DNA of 56,806 nt from a virus (taxonomy: Duplodnaviria > Caudoviricetes): positions 1 through 56,806 of the IMG/VR virus record IMGVR_UViG_3300017989_000017. One strand, 5' to 3'. The notes beneath the pieces are model-generated. The model did not search any database and was not told the origin of the DNA. It saw only the letters and a list, made by a program, of their open reading frames with translations. This document shows positions 18,272-27,478 of the stretch, in pieces. Positions within the stretch are counted from its first letter, which is position 1; every line of letters begins with the position of its first letter. The position numbers and the translations under genes were made by a program.

Positions 18272-19777
18272 CTAGGTGGTAGGAGTGATGGCGTCGAACT
18301 CGCGCTGCAGACGGCGCAGCGCGGTGTAGGCGTCGCAGTCGCCGGCGCACGACTCGAAGGTCTCGGTCACGCCGGCGCGGAGCAGGTTCTCCTTGGGGCG
18401 CTCGAACTGCCCGACATCCAGTCGGTACAGCTCGCTTCGACGAATCGTGCCGTCGCGCTCGTCGTAGAAGCGGATCAGCTTCCAGAGGCCGTCGGAGCCG
18501 TAGTCGCCGGTCAGGCCGCGACGGAGGAAGGTGAAGCCCGCCGACTGGAAGCCGTCCTCCGTGAAGATAGGCACGCCCTCGGGCGACCACTGCTCGGAGA
18601 GCGAGACGGTGCGACCGGTCGAGGCGCTGACGTCGGCCAGCGTCGCGGTGAAGTCGTTCGCGTCCTCGGCCCCGGTCAGCGTCTCGCCGTCGAGCGTGGC
18701 GATCGCGGCGCAGAGGTCGGTGGCGTTGACCAGGCCGTCGCAAACGCCCGTGTCGGAGACGTCGGCGCCGCGGACGATCAACGGGACCAGCGTGCCGGTG
18801 TCGTAGACCGTGCCCTTCGAGTTCTGGCCTAGCTCGGGCGGGACGACGACCTCGAAGTCGGGCCCGTTGTCGCCGGTGATCCAGATGGTCGTGTCGGTCG
18901 CGAAGTTGATGTCGCCCGACCCTTCGAGCGTCGAGATCAGTCGCGCGATCTCCGTGTCGAGAGCCTCCATGCCGAGGCGGATCAACTCCCAGCGGTACTC
19001 GTTCTCGTTGCGCAGGCCGAGCCCGGAGTACTGGTTGAAGAGCGACAGCGCTGAGATGCCGGCGTTGGGGTCGTCGTTGTCCTGTGCGTCGATGATGTGC
19101 TGACGGATGACTTGGGAACCCGCAGACAGGAGCGCCGCCGGGGGGAGGTGCAGCGGGTCGTGAACGGTGTTCATCGCGAGGTAGAGGACCCAGTCGCCGG
19201 ACTCACCCTGGACCCAGTCGATCGCATCATCGACGAGCACGGTCGGGTTGTAGTTGTCAGGGTTCTCGATGACGAACCCATCTTCGTCACGCTCCCCGAT
19301 CAATGCGGTCTTCGTGCTCGCGCTGTCGAAGCGATCCCAGTAGTAGAAGCCCATCGACCCGGAGCCGAGGACCGAGTTGCCCACCAGGTTGGCGAGCGGG
19401 CCGACGTAGCGGTCGAATCCCATATACCCGGTCGGGTCGAATCCGTTGCCGGCGTGGCCCAGGTGGAACTTCCCGATGAGCCCCCAGGGGCGCGAGTCCT
19501 GCGCGGGGATCCAACTCTCGGTGCCGTTGGGCAAGAGCGACGAGCTGAAGACGTTCGTGCCGATGCCGGTGCGCCAGGCCGCCTGCCCGGTAAGCCACTC
19601 GACGCGCGTCGCGCCGCACACCGGGTTCACGCGGCAGTTGGTGTAGCGGACGCCGGCGGTCGCGAGCGCGTCCATCGTCGGCGTCAGGGGCGGGCGTTCG
19701 ATCTGGATCTGCGCAGCGTAGGCGCCGACGCCTGCGATGCCGATGTCGTCGATGGAAAGGAAGATGGCTTTGCTCAT
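18272..19777 (-). CDS. Formylglycine-dependent (S1) sulfatase, arylsulfatase-like
   Basis: IDDIG, TPTMDALA..G, CGATR..LTG (C-x-A-x-R), GKFHLG, VHDPLH, GDNG, KGTVY..GT.VPLIV. Confidence 0.93.
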   Translation of the reverse strand: MSKAIFLSIDDIGIAGVGAYAAQIQIERPPLTPTMDALATAGVRYTNCRVNPVCGATRVEWLTGQAAWRTGIGTNVFSSSLLPNGTESWIPAQDSRPWGLIGKFHLGHAGNGFDPTGYMGFDRYVGPLANLVGNSVLGSGSMGFYYWDRFDSASTKTALIGERDEDGFVIENPDNYNPTVLVDDAIDWVQGESGDWVLYLAMNTVHDPLHLPPAALLSAGSQVIRQHIIDAQDNDDPNAGISALSLFNQYSGLGLRNENEYRWELIRLGMEALDTEIARLISTLEGSGDINFATDTTIWITGDNGPDFEVVVPPELGQNSKGTVYDTGTLVPLIVRGADVSDTGVCDGLVNATDLCAAIATLDGETLTGAEDANDFTATLADVSASTGRTVSLSEQWSPEGVPIFTEDGFQSAGFTFLRRGLTGDYGSDGLWKLIRFYDERDGTIRRSELYRLDVGQFERPKENLLRAGVTETFESCAGDCDAYTALRRLQREFDAITPTT

Positions 19778-19859
19778 GGTTCGCCGGGCGTAGCAGAAGG
19801 CCCGCGCCGCCGCAAGGACGACGCGGGCCCAGGTCCGCGTGAAGGGTCAGGACAGAGCG

Positions 19860-19994
19860 TCAACCGGGCCGAGAGCCCTTCGCGCGGTCGGCGACGACGA
19901 TCAGCGCCAGGAGGAGCGCCGCCTCGACGGGCCGGTGAGAGAGGATCAGGACGGCGAGCAGCGGGAAGCCGAAGGCGTGGATGATGGATCTCAT
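19860..19994 (-). CDS. Small hydrophobic membrane protein
   Basis: 44 aa with two hydrophobic stretches; directly downstream of the MTase. Confidence 0.4.
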   Translation of the reverse strand: MRSIIHAFGFPLLAVLILSHRPVEAALLLALIVVADRAKGSRPG

Positions 19995-19996
19995 GG

Positions 19997-20914
19997 CTAG
20001 AAGAGCTGTGTCTGTTTGAGTTCCGCGTCCGCTTGCCGGAGGTTCTTGACCGCAAGGTCGTAGTAGCTCGGCTTCAGCTCGATCCCGACGAACCGGCGCC
20101 CCATCTTCACAGCGCAGTAGCCTTCGCTGCCGATGCCCGCGAACGGGCTCAGAACGACGTCGCCCTCGGCGCTCCATAGCTGGATGCATCTTTCGATCAC
20201 GTCCAGTTGCAACGGGCAGATGTGGCGTTCGTCTTCCTTCTCGCGGGCGGCGCGGTACTGCAACGTCCGTGACGGGTTGATGTCCGACCATACCGGCGAG
20301 GCGTACCTCTGCCAGATGTCGATGGAGAGGTTGCCGTCGTTGCGAAACGACTTGTCTCCGCGCCATTCGGACAGCTCGCCGCTAACCGGATCGGGGTTCT
20401 GTCCCGGCTTCCGAAACGTGCACACGTAGTCGGGGATCCCCATGCGGGACATCGCGGAGTCCTTGCAGATCTGCTTATGCAGGAGGCCCAACGCCTTCGT
20501 CCGTTGCATCGCCGTCACTGGATCTTTCCAGATGCACACCTCGGAATGGTAGATCCACCCGGCGCGCTCCATCTCCCGGATGATGTCGCCTCGGAAGTCC
20601 TGGATCCCGATGTACCCGTGCCACTGCTTGGTCGTCGGCAGGTTCATGCAATGGATCGAGCACAGCCGCCCCGGCTTCGTGGCACGCAGGATGTCGGCGA
20701 GGATGAACCGGAAGTGCGCCCAAAACTCGTCGTAGTCGGTGCTGTTGCCGAGGTCGCGAGAAGACGACGAGTAGGTGTAGAGCGATGCAAACGGCGGCGA
20801 GAACACCGAGAACCCCACGGAGTCGTCCGGCATGGCCTTGAGAACCTCGACGGAATCTCCGTTATAGAGGGTCCAGTCGTCGCCGTGCTCCTGCGTCGTG
20901 CACTTTACATCCAT
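19997..20914 (-). CDS. DNA amino-methyltransferase (beta class, SPPF; N4-mC or N6-mA)
   Basis: LYNGDS.EVL, FSPPF motif IV, HICPLQLDVIERCI, VLSPFAGIGSEG motif I, GIEL. Confidence 0.92.
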   Translation of the reverse strand: MDVKCTTQEHGDDWTLYNGDSVEVLKAMPDDSVGFSVFSPPFASLYTYSSSSRDLGNSTDYDEFWAHFRFILADILRATKPGRLCSIHCMNLPTTKQWHGYIGIQDFRGDIIREMERAGWIYHSEVCIWKDPVTAMQRTKALGLLHKQICKDSAMSRMGIPDYVCTFRKPGQNPDPVSGELSEWRGDKSFRNDGNLSIDIWQRYASPVWSDINPSRTLQYRAAREKEDERHICPLQLDVIERCIQLWSAEGDVVLSPFAGIGSEGYCAVKMGRRFVGIELKPSYYDLAVKNLRQADAELKQTQLF

Positions 20915-22284
20915 CGCGGCACCCTCACCTTCTCTTGCGGGTTGTAGCTGTCCATGTGGCCATACTCGTTCCGTGTTGCGTGCTGCATGTGCGCCAGCAT
21001 GTGTGACACGACGCTCTCGAACATCCTTGCCGCGTCGCTGTTCTTGCGCATGACGTTGCGCACCACGCCCGATTCCTGCGACGAGACGATGTAGTGAGCC
21101 TTCACCGTGCGCGTCTGCCCGAACCGCCAGAATCGGCGAATCATCTGGTACCACTGTTCCCACGAATCGGTCGGGAAGATCGCAGTATTCGGACAATGCT
21201 GCCAGTTCAACCCGAAACCGCCGATGCGGGGCTTGGTGATGAGCACCCGGTCATTGCCCAGCGTGAACGACTCCAGCCGGTCCTCTTTCTCGGCCGTGGT
21301 ATGCCGCCCGGCAACCTCCACAGCGTCGGGTATCAAAGCTGCGAGCCTCTCGCCCTCGTCGTTGAGGTTGCACCAGATCACCCACGGCTCGCTGCTGTCG
21401 TTCGCCAGGTCAGCAGCGCGCTCGCACCTTTCGTCGAGAGACATGCGCCGGGCGGCGCGACGCTCGGCAAGCGTCGAAGCCTCAGACTCGAACAGCATGC
21501 CAGGCTCGCGAGCGTTCGTTTCGATGATGTGCGGCACGTACTCCATCGGCGGCAAATCGTAGCCGTTGGCATCGAAGCCGATATCCGCTGGTGAGCGCAT
21601 CATCACCGCCCATGACGCCAGCCACGCCCAAAAAGCGTCGTGGGCGTGCCCCTTCAGTCGCCACTTCGATGTCTCGCCTCCGTCGTGGATGAAGTACGTG
21701 GCGAGCATCTCCATTCGATCGAGGACGCCGCAGAACTCGCTCTGATTGCCGATCTCCATGTAGTCGTTCGGCGCGGGTGTCGCGGTCCACGTTTGCCGGT
21801 ACGGAACGCCCTTGAACATCGACAGAACTTGCGCGCGGATCTTGCCGTCCACGCTCTTGATGATGCTCCCCTCGTCGAGAATGACCCCGGCGAAGCGTGC
21901 AGCGTCGAAGAGGTGTAGCCGCTCGTAGTTGGCGACGTTGATCCCGGGCCGGACATCGTCCGATGACCGGCAGACCGTCACGTCGCAGGCGATGTCGAAC
22001 TTATCAGCCTCGCGTTTCGTTTGGGCTGCCACCGCGAGGGGGGCGAGGATCAAGACGTTGCCGCCGGTTTCACGCACGATCTGACGCGCGCATTCAAGCT
22101 GTTGCAGCGACTTGCCGAGCCCGCAGTCCTCGAAGCCGCCGAACCTGCCGCGACGGCACGCGACGCGAACGATGGCCGCCTGCCAGTCGAACAGACGATG
22201 GTTGATGTCGTCCGCCTCGAATCCGGCGTGTACGGTCCGCCGCGATTTTCTGGACAGGAACTCTTGGTAGGTAGCGGCGGTCAA
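20905..22284 (-). CDS. SNF2-like superfamily 2 helicase
   Basis: LFDWQ, DCGLGKS Walker A, ILDEGS Walker B, TATPAPN, GFGLNWQ, RRFWRFGQ; TTG start inferred. Confidence 0.88.
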   Translation of the reverse strand: MTAATYQEFLSRKSRRTVHAGFEADDINHRLFDWQAAIVRVACRRGRFGGFEDCGLGKSLQQLECARQIVRETGGNVLILAPLAVAAQTKREADKFDIACDVTVCRSSDDVRPGINVANYERLHLFDAARFAGVILDEGSIIKSVDGKIRAQVLSMFKGVPYRQTWTATPAPNDYMEIGNQSEFCGVLDRMEMLATYFIHDGGETSKWRLKGHAHDAFWAWLASWAVMMRSPADIGFDANGYDLPPMEYVPHIIETNAREPGMLFESEASTLAERRAARRMSLDERCERAADLANDSSEPWVIWCNLNDEGERLAALIPDAVEVAGRHTTAEKEDRLESFTLGNDRVLITKPRIGGFGLNWQHCPNTAIFPTDSWEQWYQMIRRFWRFGQTRTVKAHYIVSSQESGVVRNVMRKNSDAARMFESVVSHMLAHMQHATRNEYGHMDSYNPQEKVRVPRWM

Positions 22285-22712
22285 ATCACCACCGCCGTCC
22301 CGTACTGCGCGTCGCGCAGCTCCTGCCAGCGGTCCCAGACGAGGGCGCTGATCGGCTCGACGTGGCTGGAGTCCACGAGCACGCCGCAGAACGCCTTCGA
22401 GACGTGCTCGGTGGGGACGTCCTGCTCGATGTCGCCGCCGCCACCGATGGTGTGCTCGCCCAGTACGAGTTGCCATCGCTTGTCGCCGCGTCGGGCGTAG
22501 TGGCACCAGCCGTCGTCGTAGCGGAACTCGCTCACGGCAATGGACTCCTCGTGCTGCTCGCAGTGCGCGCAGCCGATCGACCGCTCGCAGGCGTCGCACA
22601 TGGCCGCGCCGCACGCGGGGCAGGACGACGTCCACGGCTGGTTCTCGCTGCAGCCTTCGCACCAGGAGCCCTCGGGCTCGTCGCGGTAGGGGTTCAGGTC
22701 GGGGGCGCTCAT
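22281..22712 (-). CDS. Cys-rich (Zn-finger-like) hypothetical protein
   Basis: Four CxxC motifs in the N-terminal half; coupled to neighbours. Confidence 0.55.
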   Translation of the reverse strand: MSAPDLNPYRDEPEGSWCEGCSENQPWTSSCPACGAAMCDACERSIGCAHCEQHEESIAVSEFRYDDGWCHYARRGDKRWQLVLGEHTIGGGGDIEQDVPTEHVSKAFCGVLVDSSHVEPISALVWDRWQELRDAQYGTAVVI

Positions 22713-22930
22713 CGGATCTGCTCCTCCTTCAAGGTCTTCTCGATGGCCGCGTCGATCGCGGCCTCCTCTTTGGGTGTCAGTTCGGGGCCGGTGCCGTCCC
22801 AGGCGGCGCCGCGGGCGAGCTTCATCGAGCGCTCCCACTGCGCGAGCACCTCGTTGGCGCCGATCGTGATTCCGCGGGCGAGGCCCGCGCGGTAGATCGC
22901 GCGGGCCTCCTTCGTGCTGAGGTCAGCCAT
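22709..22930 (-). CDS. Hypothetical protein
   Basis: 73-aa ORF overlapping both neighbours. Confidence 0.55.
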   Translation of the reverse strand: MADLSTKEARAIYRAGLARGITIGANEVLAQWERSMKLARGAAWDGTGPELTPKEEAAIDAAIEKTLKEEQIR

Positions 22931-23249
22931 TGCTCTCGGCGGCCTTGCGGGTGGCCGACAGCGTGTCCTGGAGCTTGTTGATCAGCCGCTTCACCGCGGC
23001 CGTGTCACCCGGATCGCCGGCGTACCCGCCGCTCTTTCCCTGGGCCGCCGGGCAGCCCTGGAGGGATCGGAGGAACTCCTTCGCGTCGGCGAACTGGAGG
23101 GTGACCTCCACGTGGCCTCGGGATCCACGCTCGTGAGACCAGTGGCCCCTGTTGAGCGGGTGGTTCCCCTCTGCGATGGCGTCGTCGAGCCCCGCGGCCG
23201 AGAAGGCCCGGTGTCCGATGGTGATGGTGATTACCGTCTTAGTGGTCAT
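22923..23249 (-). CDS. Hypothetical protein, first gene of the leftward operon
   Basis: ATG at 23249 preceded by aaagga RBS. Confidence 0.6.
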   Translation of the reverse strand: MTTKTVITITIGHRAFSAAGLDDAIAEGNHPLNRGHWSHERGSRGHVEVTLQFADAKEFLRSLQGCPAAQGKSGGYAGDPGDTAAVKRLINKLQDTLSATRKAAESNG

Positions 23250-23301
23250 GGCTCTGTCCTTTCGGTTGGTGGTGGGCGTCGCCGCCCTCGGTTGACGGGT
23301 G

Positions 23302-23330
23302 AATATTAGCGCCATCGGCTATCGCGTCAA
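23302..23330 (-). promoter_or_regulatory. Leftward sigma70-like promoter
   Basis: Minus strand TTGACG-16/17 bp-TAATAT/AATATT in an AT-richer intergenic region. Confidence 0.6.
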
Positions 23331-23380
23331 TCGACCTGAGCCAAAAATGCGCCCGGAAATATCAACATCACACAAGCCCG

Positions 23381-23409
23381 TTGACGGGGCAACTTTAGGG
23401 CGCCACCAT
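23381..23409 (+). promoter_or_regulatory. Rightward promoter candidate with overlapping palindrome CCCGT-TG-ACGGG
   Basis: TTGACG-17 bp-CACCAT upstream of the HTH gene; weak -10. Confidence 0.4.
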
Positions 23410-23476
23410 CCCTGCGAGGTGAAAGAATCCCTGTCACGCGCCTCGTCTTCCGGGCCTTCGCCGCTACTGTTCCGGC

Positions 23477-23755
23477 ATGGAAACCACGAAGACGCGGGCG
23501 GCGGCTGGCCGCTGCCCCCACTGCGGGCGGGCGACACCGGGGCGGAAGCCTCGGAAGGTCCCGCGGGGCTGGCCGACGCGACTCAAACGAGCACGCGAGG
23601 CCGCGGAGATGACCCAGGGCGACCTGGCGAAGCTCCTCCTGGTGAACCGCCGGACGGTCGGCACCTGGGAGCGTGGCGAGGCGACGCCGAACGTGACGCA
23701 GTCGCGCTCCCTGGCGAAGGCCCTCTCCGATCCGAAGCTGGAGCTGAAGCGATGA
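23477..23755 (+). CDS. XRE-family HTH regulator (Cro/CI-like)
   Basis: LKRAREAAEMTQGDLAKLL.V.RRTVGTWERG..TP; N-terminal CPHC. Confidence 0.88.
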   Translation: METTKTRAAAGRCPHCGRATPGRKPRKVPRGWPTRLKRAREAAEMTQGDLAKLLLVNRRTVGTWERGEATPNVTQSRSLAKALSDPKLELKR

Positions 23756-24258
23756 CCGCGGCCGGGGCCATGACACCGCCGCGGATCCACAACGGCACCT
23801 ACACGCTCTCCCACCCCGAGCGCGGGCACGTCACCCTGAAGCTGCACACCGTGGCGAGGGGCAAGTTCGCGGGGAAGCGGATCCTCTCGCTGCTGACCGG
23901 GTCAGACAACGAGACGAGCTACACCGGCGTCGGCTACTGGTTCGACGACGAGATGCGCGCTGTCGTCTGGCGTCGCTTCCGCGGTGAGCGGAGCCGCCTC
24001 CCGATCGACGGCTACAACTGGGACGAGGGGTGGTCGACCGAGGAGCGCAAGGTCGCGCTCTGGGCCGACCTCGCTATCCGTGGTCCGCTGTTCGACATCA
24101 AGGGCGAGATGAGCTTCGCGCCGGAGCGATCGTCACACTGGGCGAAGAAGGGCTGGGAGATCCAGCTCGCCGGCCGCTGCGCGAAGTGCAACAAGAAGCT
24201 GACCGATCCCGAGTCGATCCGCACCGGCCTGGGGCCGAAGTGCGGCGGCCGAACCTGA
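23752..24258 (+). CDS. DUF6011-like Zn-ribbon protein
   Basis: C-terminal RCAKCNKKLTDPESIRTGLGPKC; LLTGSDNETSY. Confidence 0.75.
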   Translation: MTAAGAMTPPRIHNGTYTLSHPERGHVTLKLHTVARGKFAGKRILSLLTGSDNETSYTGVGYWFDDEMRAVVWRRFRGERSRLPIDGYNWDEGWSTEERKVALWADLAIRGPLFDIKGEMSFAPERSSHWAKKGWEIQLAGRCAKCNKKLTDPESIRTGLGPKCGGRT

Positions 24259-24277
24259 TCCCCACGAGGGGCCAACC

Positions 24278-24661
24278 ATGAACCTGACCGAGAAGATCAA
24301 GCGCGCCTGGCGCGCATTCAACGAGCCGCCCCCGGAGCCGCCCCCGCGCGTCACCTACGCGGTGATCACGAGGGTGCCCGACTCCGACGACCCGGAAGAG
24401 GCGAAGGGCAACCTCGCCCTTCGGACCGCCTACCACCCCGAGGCCCATCGCCCGCTCGACTTCCCCACCTACGGCGAGGTCTTCCTGCTCGGCGAGATCC
24501 TGATCCTCGATGCCCTCGGGCATCGCGAAGAGGGTGGCGAGCAGAGGTGCCCCGCGAAGTGGGACGTCGAATTCGAGCTGTTCGGGAACGACGTCGAGGC
24601 TGCGGTGCGTCGCGCGAACGACGTGATCCGCGAGAGCTGGAAGGGACTGGTGGCCGAATGA
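24278..24661 (+). CDS. Hypothetical protein
   Basis: 127-aa ORF with gagggg RBS. Confidence 0.6.
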   Translation: MNLTEKIKRAWRAFNEPPPEPPPRVTYAVITRVPDSDDPEEAKGNLALRTAYHPEAHRPLDFPTYGEVFLLGEILILDALGHREEGGEQRCPAKWDVEFELFGNDVEAAVRRANDVIRESWKGLVAE

Positions 24662-25662
24662 ACACCTTCACCAACAGCTCGCTGTCGGTCGCACGCTCCT
24701 GCCTGCGCAAGTACGACCTGAAGTACAACGGCAGGCTCGGGCTCGCGCACCGGGAGGAGAGCGAGGCGCTCGCTGTCGGAACGTGCTGGCACGGGATCCA
24801 GGAGACGTTCGGCAGGGAGATGGCTGCCCCGCCGCCGAGGCGCGACCCGGTCGCCGCTGCGGTCCAGTACGCGACGGAGCACGCCCCGAACCCGCTGTGG
24901 GCCGAGAAGCTCCGGCGGCTCTTCGTCGCGCACGCCTGGTACTGGAGCGACCACCCGCTGGAGTACGTCGCGCAGGAGAAGCAGTTCGAGATCGAGATCG
25001 CGGGCGCGAAGGTCGCCGGCGTGCTCGACGGCATCATCAAGGTCGACGGCCGCCTCGGTCTGCACGAGTACAAGACGACCGCCGACTCCCTCGATGCCGA
25101 GTCGAACTACTGGACGAAGCTACGGATGGACACGCAGGTCGGGATCTACGCTCTCGCGATGCAGGAGCTGTACGGGTCGCCGCCGGAGTTCATCCTCTAC
25201 GACGTCACGCGGAAGCCGACCATCAGGCCGAAGCGTGTGCTCAAGAAGGAGATGGAGCGCATGCGGCGCGAGGCTGTCGGCGGTGCGACGACGACCTATT
25301 ACGGCGAGGCGTTCGACGAGCTGGCCGTCCTGCAGGCGTTCGAGAACGACGAGGAGACGATCGCCATGTACGGCGCGCGCCTCACCGCTGACATCGGCAA
25401 CGAGCCCTCGAAGTTCTTCGCTCGCCGCGAGGTCCCTCGCACCGCCGCCGACTTCGGCTCGCTGCGCAAGGATCTCGCCGACCAAATCCAGTTGCTCGAA
25501 CAGGCTATGCTGAGCGACAACATGCACCGGAACCCGAACGCCTGCGGTGACTACGGCACATGCGAGTTCTTCGGGCTCTGTTCGCGCAACGTCTACCCGA
25601 TGGGGACCGAGGTCCCCGACGGGTACGTTCAACGAGAGAAGCTCCACCCGGAGTTGGACTGA
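24658..25662 (+). CDS. PD-(D/E)xK exonuclease (RecB/Cas4-like)
   Basis: SCLRKY, VGTCWH, GVLDGII...HEYKT, QVGIY, C-terminal C..YG.CEF..LC. Confidence 0.85.
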   Translation: MNTFTNSSLSVARSCLRKYDLKYNGRLGLAHREESEALAVGTCWHGIQETFGREMAAPPPRRDPVAAAVQYATEHAPNPLWAEKLRRLFVAHAWYWSDHPLEYVAQEKQFEIEIAGAKVAGVLDGIIKVDGRLGLHEYKTTADSLDAESNYWTKLRMDTQVGIYALAMQELYGSPPEFILYDVTRKPTIRPKRVLKKEMERMRREAVGGATTTYYGEAFDELAVLQAFENDEETIAMYGARLTADIGNEPSKFFARREVPRTAADFGSLRKDLADQIQLLEQAMLSDNMHRNPNACGDYGTCEFFGLCSRNVYPMGTEVPDGYVQREKLHPELD

Positions 25663-25693
25663 TCCCCGCAACCCTCAGACACATCGAACCGTC

Positions 25694-26542
25694 ATGAGTG
25701 AAGCACCTCCCGCACCCGCGGCACCTACCGCCCCGGCTGCACCGACCGCGCCCGCGGCTCGGAAGTCACCCCGCTCGACGATCCCTGCGACCGTCGCGCT
25801 CAACCTGCAGACCGGAGAGATCACCGGGTCCGATCGGATCCTCATCTTCGGCACCGGCGGCATCGGCAAGTCGACAGCCGCCGCCTACCTTCCCGCCCCG
25901 ATGTTCCTCGACCTCGAAGGCTCGACGCGAAGGATGAACGTCCTCCGCGACACCGCCCTCGACTGGGAGGAGCTGCGCGGCAAGCTCGCCTCGATCGCGA
26001 CGGCGCCGCCCGAAGGTGTGCGCTCGCTCGTGCTCGACACAGCGACCGTCGCGGAGGAGCTGGCGAAGGAGTACGTCATCGACACCCGACGCACCGAGAA
26101 GGGCCACAAGGTCGACTCCATCGAGGGGTTCCCCTGGGGCAAGGGGTGGCAGTTCGTCTACGACGAGTACTGCGCGCTCTTCGCCGACCTGGACCGCATC
26201 GTCGCGAAGGGACTGAACGTGTGCATCATCGCGCACGACGTGAACTCGCCCGTGCCGAACCCGGCCGGCGAGGACTACATCCGTTGGGAGCCCCACCTGT
26301 ATCGCGGCGACAAGAACGGTCGCGGATCGATTCGCGATCACGCGAAGCAGTGGGCCGACCACGTCGTCTTCATCGGCTACGACGTCTACACCGAAGACGG
26401 CAAGGGCCAGGGGACAGGAACGCGTTCGATCTACACGCAGGAGCTGCCGACGCACGTCGCGAAGAGCCGCTCGAAGCAGATCACCATGCCGTTTGACATC
26501 TCGGACCCCGGCGCTGTGTGGCGCGAGCTGGGGATCGAGTAA
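25694..26542 (+). CDS. Sak4-like AAA_24 ssDNA annealing ATPase
   Basis: ILIFGTGGIGKST, FLDLEGS, LVLDT, IEGF.WGKG, IIAH, WADHV, AKSR. Confidence 0.85.
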   Translation: MSEAPPAPAAPTAPAAPTAPAARKSPRSTIPATVALNLQTGEITGSDRILIFGTGGIGKSTAAAYLPAPMFLDLEGSTRRMNVLRDTALDWEELRGKLASIATAPPEGVRSLVLDTATVAEELAKEYVIDTRRTEKGHKVDSIEGFPWGKGWQFVYDEYCALFADLDRIVAKGLNVCIIAHDVNSPVPNPAGEDYIRWEPHLYRGDKNGRGSIRDHAKQWADHVVFIGYDVYTEDGKGQGTGTRSIYTQELPTHVAKSRSKQITMPFDISDPGAVWRELGIE

Positions 26543-26590
26543 CCGAGACTCGCGCGCCACTGAGTCACATCGAACCGACGAAACGAAACC

Positions 26591-27391
26591 ATGACACTCC
26601 AAATCGAAGACTACCTGCAGAACGCGATCAGCGACGAAGTCGGAGGCGCCGGTGAGTACCGCTGCTTCCCTGTGGACTGGACCTTCAAGACCTTCGACTC
26701 CGGCTCTGCCGCGATCGCCTACAAGCTCTCGATCGTGTCGCGATGGCACGGCAAGGAGCAGGGTTGGTCGAAGCAGTGGGGGCCCGGCTTCTGGGTCGAG
26801 CACAACGCCTGGGTCGTCAAGTCCGACGGCACCCTCAACGACAAGACGGTCAAGCGCCTGATCGAGTGCGGTCTCTGGGACGGCGACTTCGAGAAGATCC
26901 AGCCGGGGCAGAACGTGCCGAACCAGGTCGTGATCGCGACGGTTCAGGTCGCGACGAACAAGGACGGCACGGTGCGGATGTACCAGGGCCAGCCGCAGTT
27001 CGAGGCGAGCTGGGTCGACGCGAACGCCGACGCCCCGCCGGCGAAGGGCGGTGGCTACCAGCCGAGCGACCCGAGCGCGCTCGCGAGCATGCGGGCGAAG
27101 TTCGGCCCGGCGATCCGCGCGATCGCTGGCGGCGGCCAGGCGAACGGAGCGGCGCCCGCCCCGCCCGCGGTCGCGCCGCCGGTCGTGCCGCCGGCTCCGC
27201 AGGTCCCCCAGGCGCAGGCAGCCCCGGAGGCCGCCTCTGCTCCCGCGCAGCAGCCCCAGGCGGCTCCGCAGGCCCAGCCGCCCCAGCAGGCCGCTCCTGG
27301 CGCTCCTACGGCCGCTGCGCCGCAGGGCGTGACCCCGCCGCCGCAGGGTGAGGACCCGGAGCCGTCGCCGGACCTGGCGACGCCCTTCTAG
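26591..27391 (+). CDS. Single-stranded DNA-binding protein (gp2.5/DUF669-like)
   Basis: Follows Sak4; beta-rich N-terminus, Pro/Ala linker, acidic tail ending PF. Confidence 0.65.
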   Translation: MTLQIEDYLQNAISDEVGGAGEYRCFPVDWTFKTFDSGSAAIAYKLSIVSRWHGKEQGWSKQWGPGFWVEHNAWVVKSDGTLNDKTVKRLIECGLWDGDFEKIQPGQNVPNQVVIATVQVATNKDGTVRMYQGQPQFEASWVDANADAPPAKGGGYQPSDPSALASMRAKFGPAIRAIAGGGQANGAAPAPPAVAPPVVPPAPQVPQAQAAPEAASAPAQQPQAAPQAQPPQQAAPGAPTAAAPQGVTPPPQGEDPEPSPDLATPF

Positions 27392-27426
27392 CCGCGGTAG
27401 GCTTCGGGCCGACTCATCTTCTCCTC

Positions 27427-27461
27427 GCGCCCGCGTCGGGACCTGTTCCTGGCGCGGGCGC
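27427..27461 (+). terminator. GC-rich hairpin after SSB (terminator or mRNA stabiliser)
   Basis: gcgcccgcg...cgcgggcgc stem; no U tract. Confidence 0.45.
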
Positions 27462-27478
27462 TCTCGTAGGCTCGCCGC

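Noticed and set aside
24658-25662. Cas4-like nuclease as evidence of a CRISPR system
   Set aside because: No repeat-spacer array or other cas genes; the exonuclease-Sak4-SSB context indicates recombination
25700-25760. PAAPTAP-type repeats in Sak4, SSB and primase
   Set aside because: Low-complexity protein linkers, not a DNA repeat family
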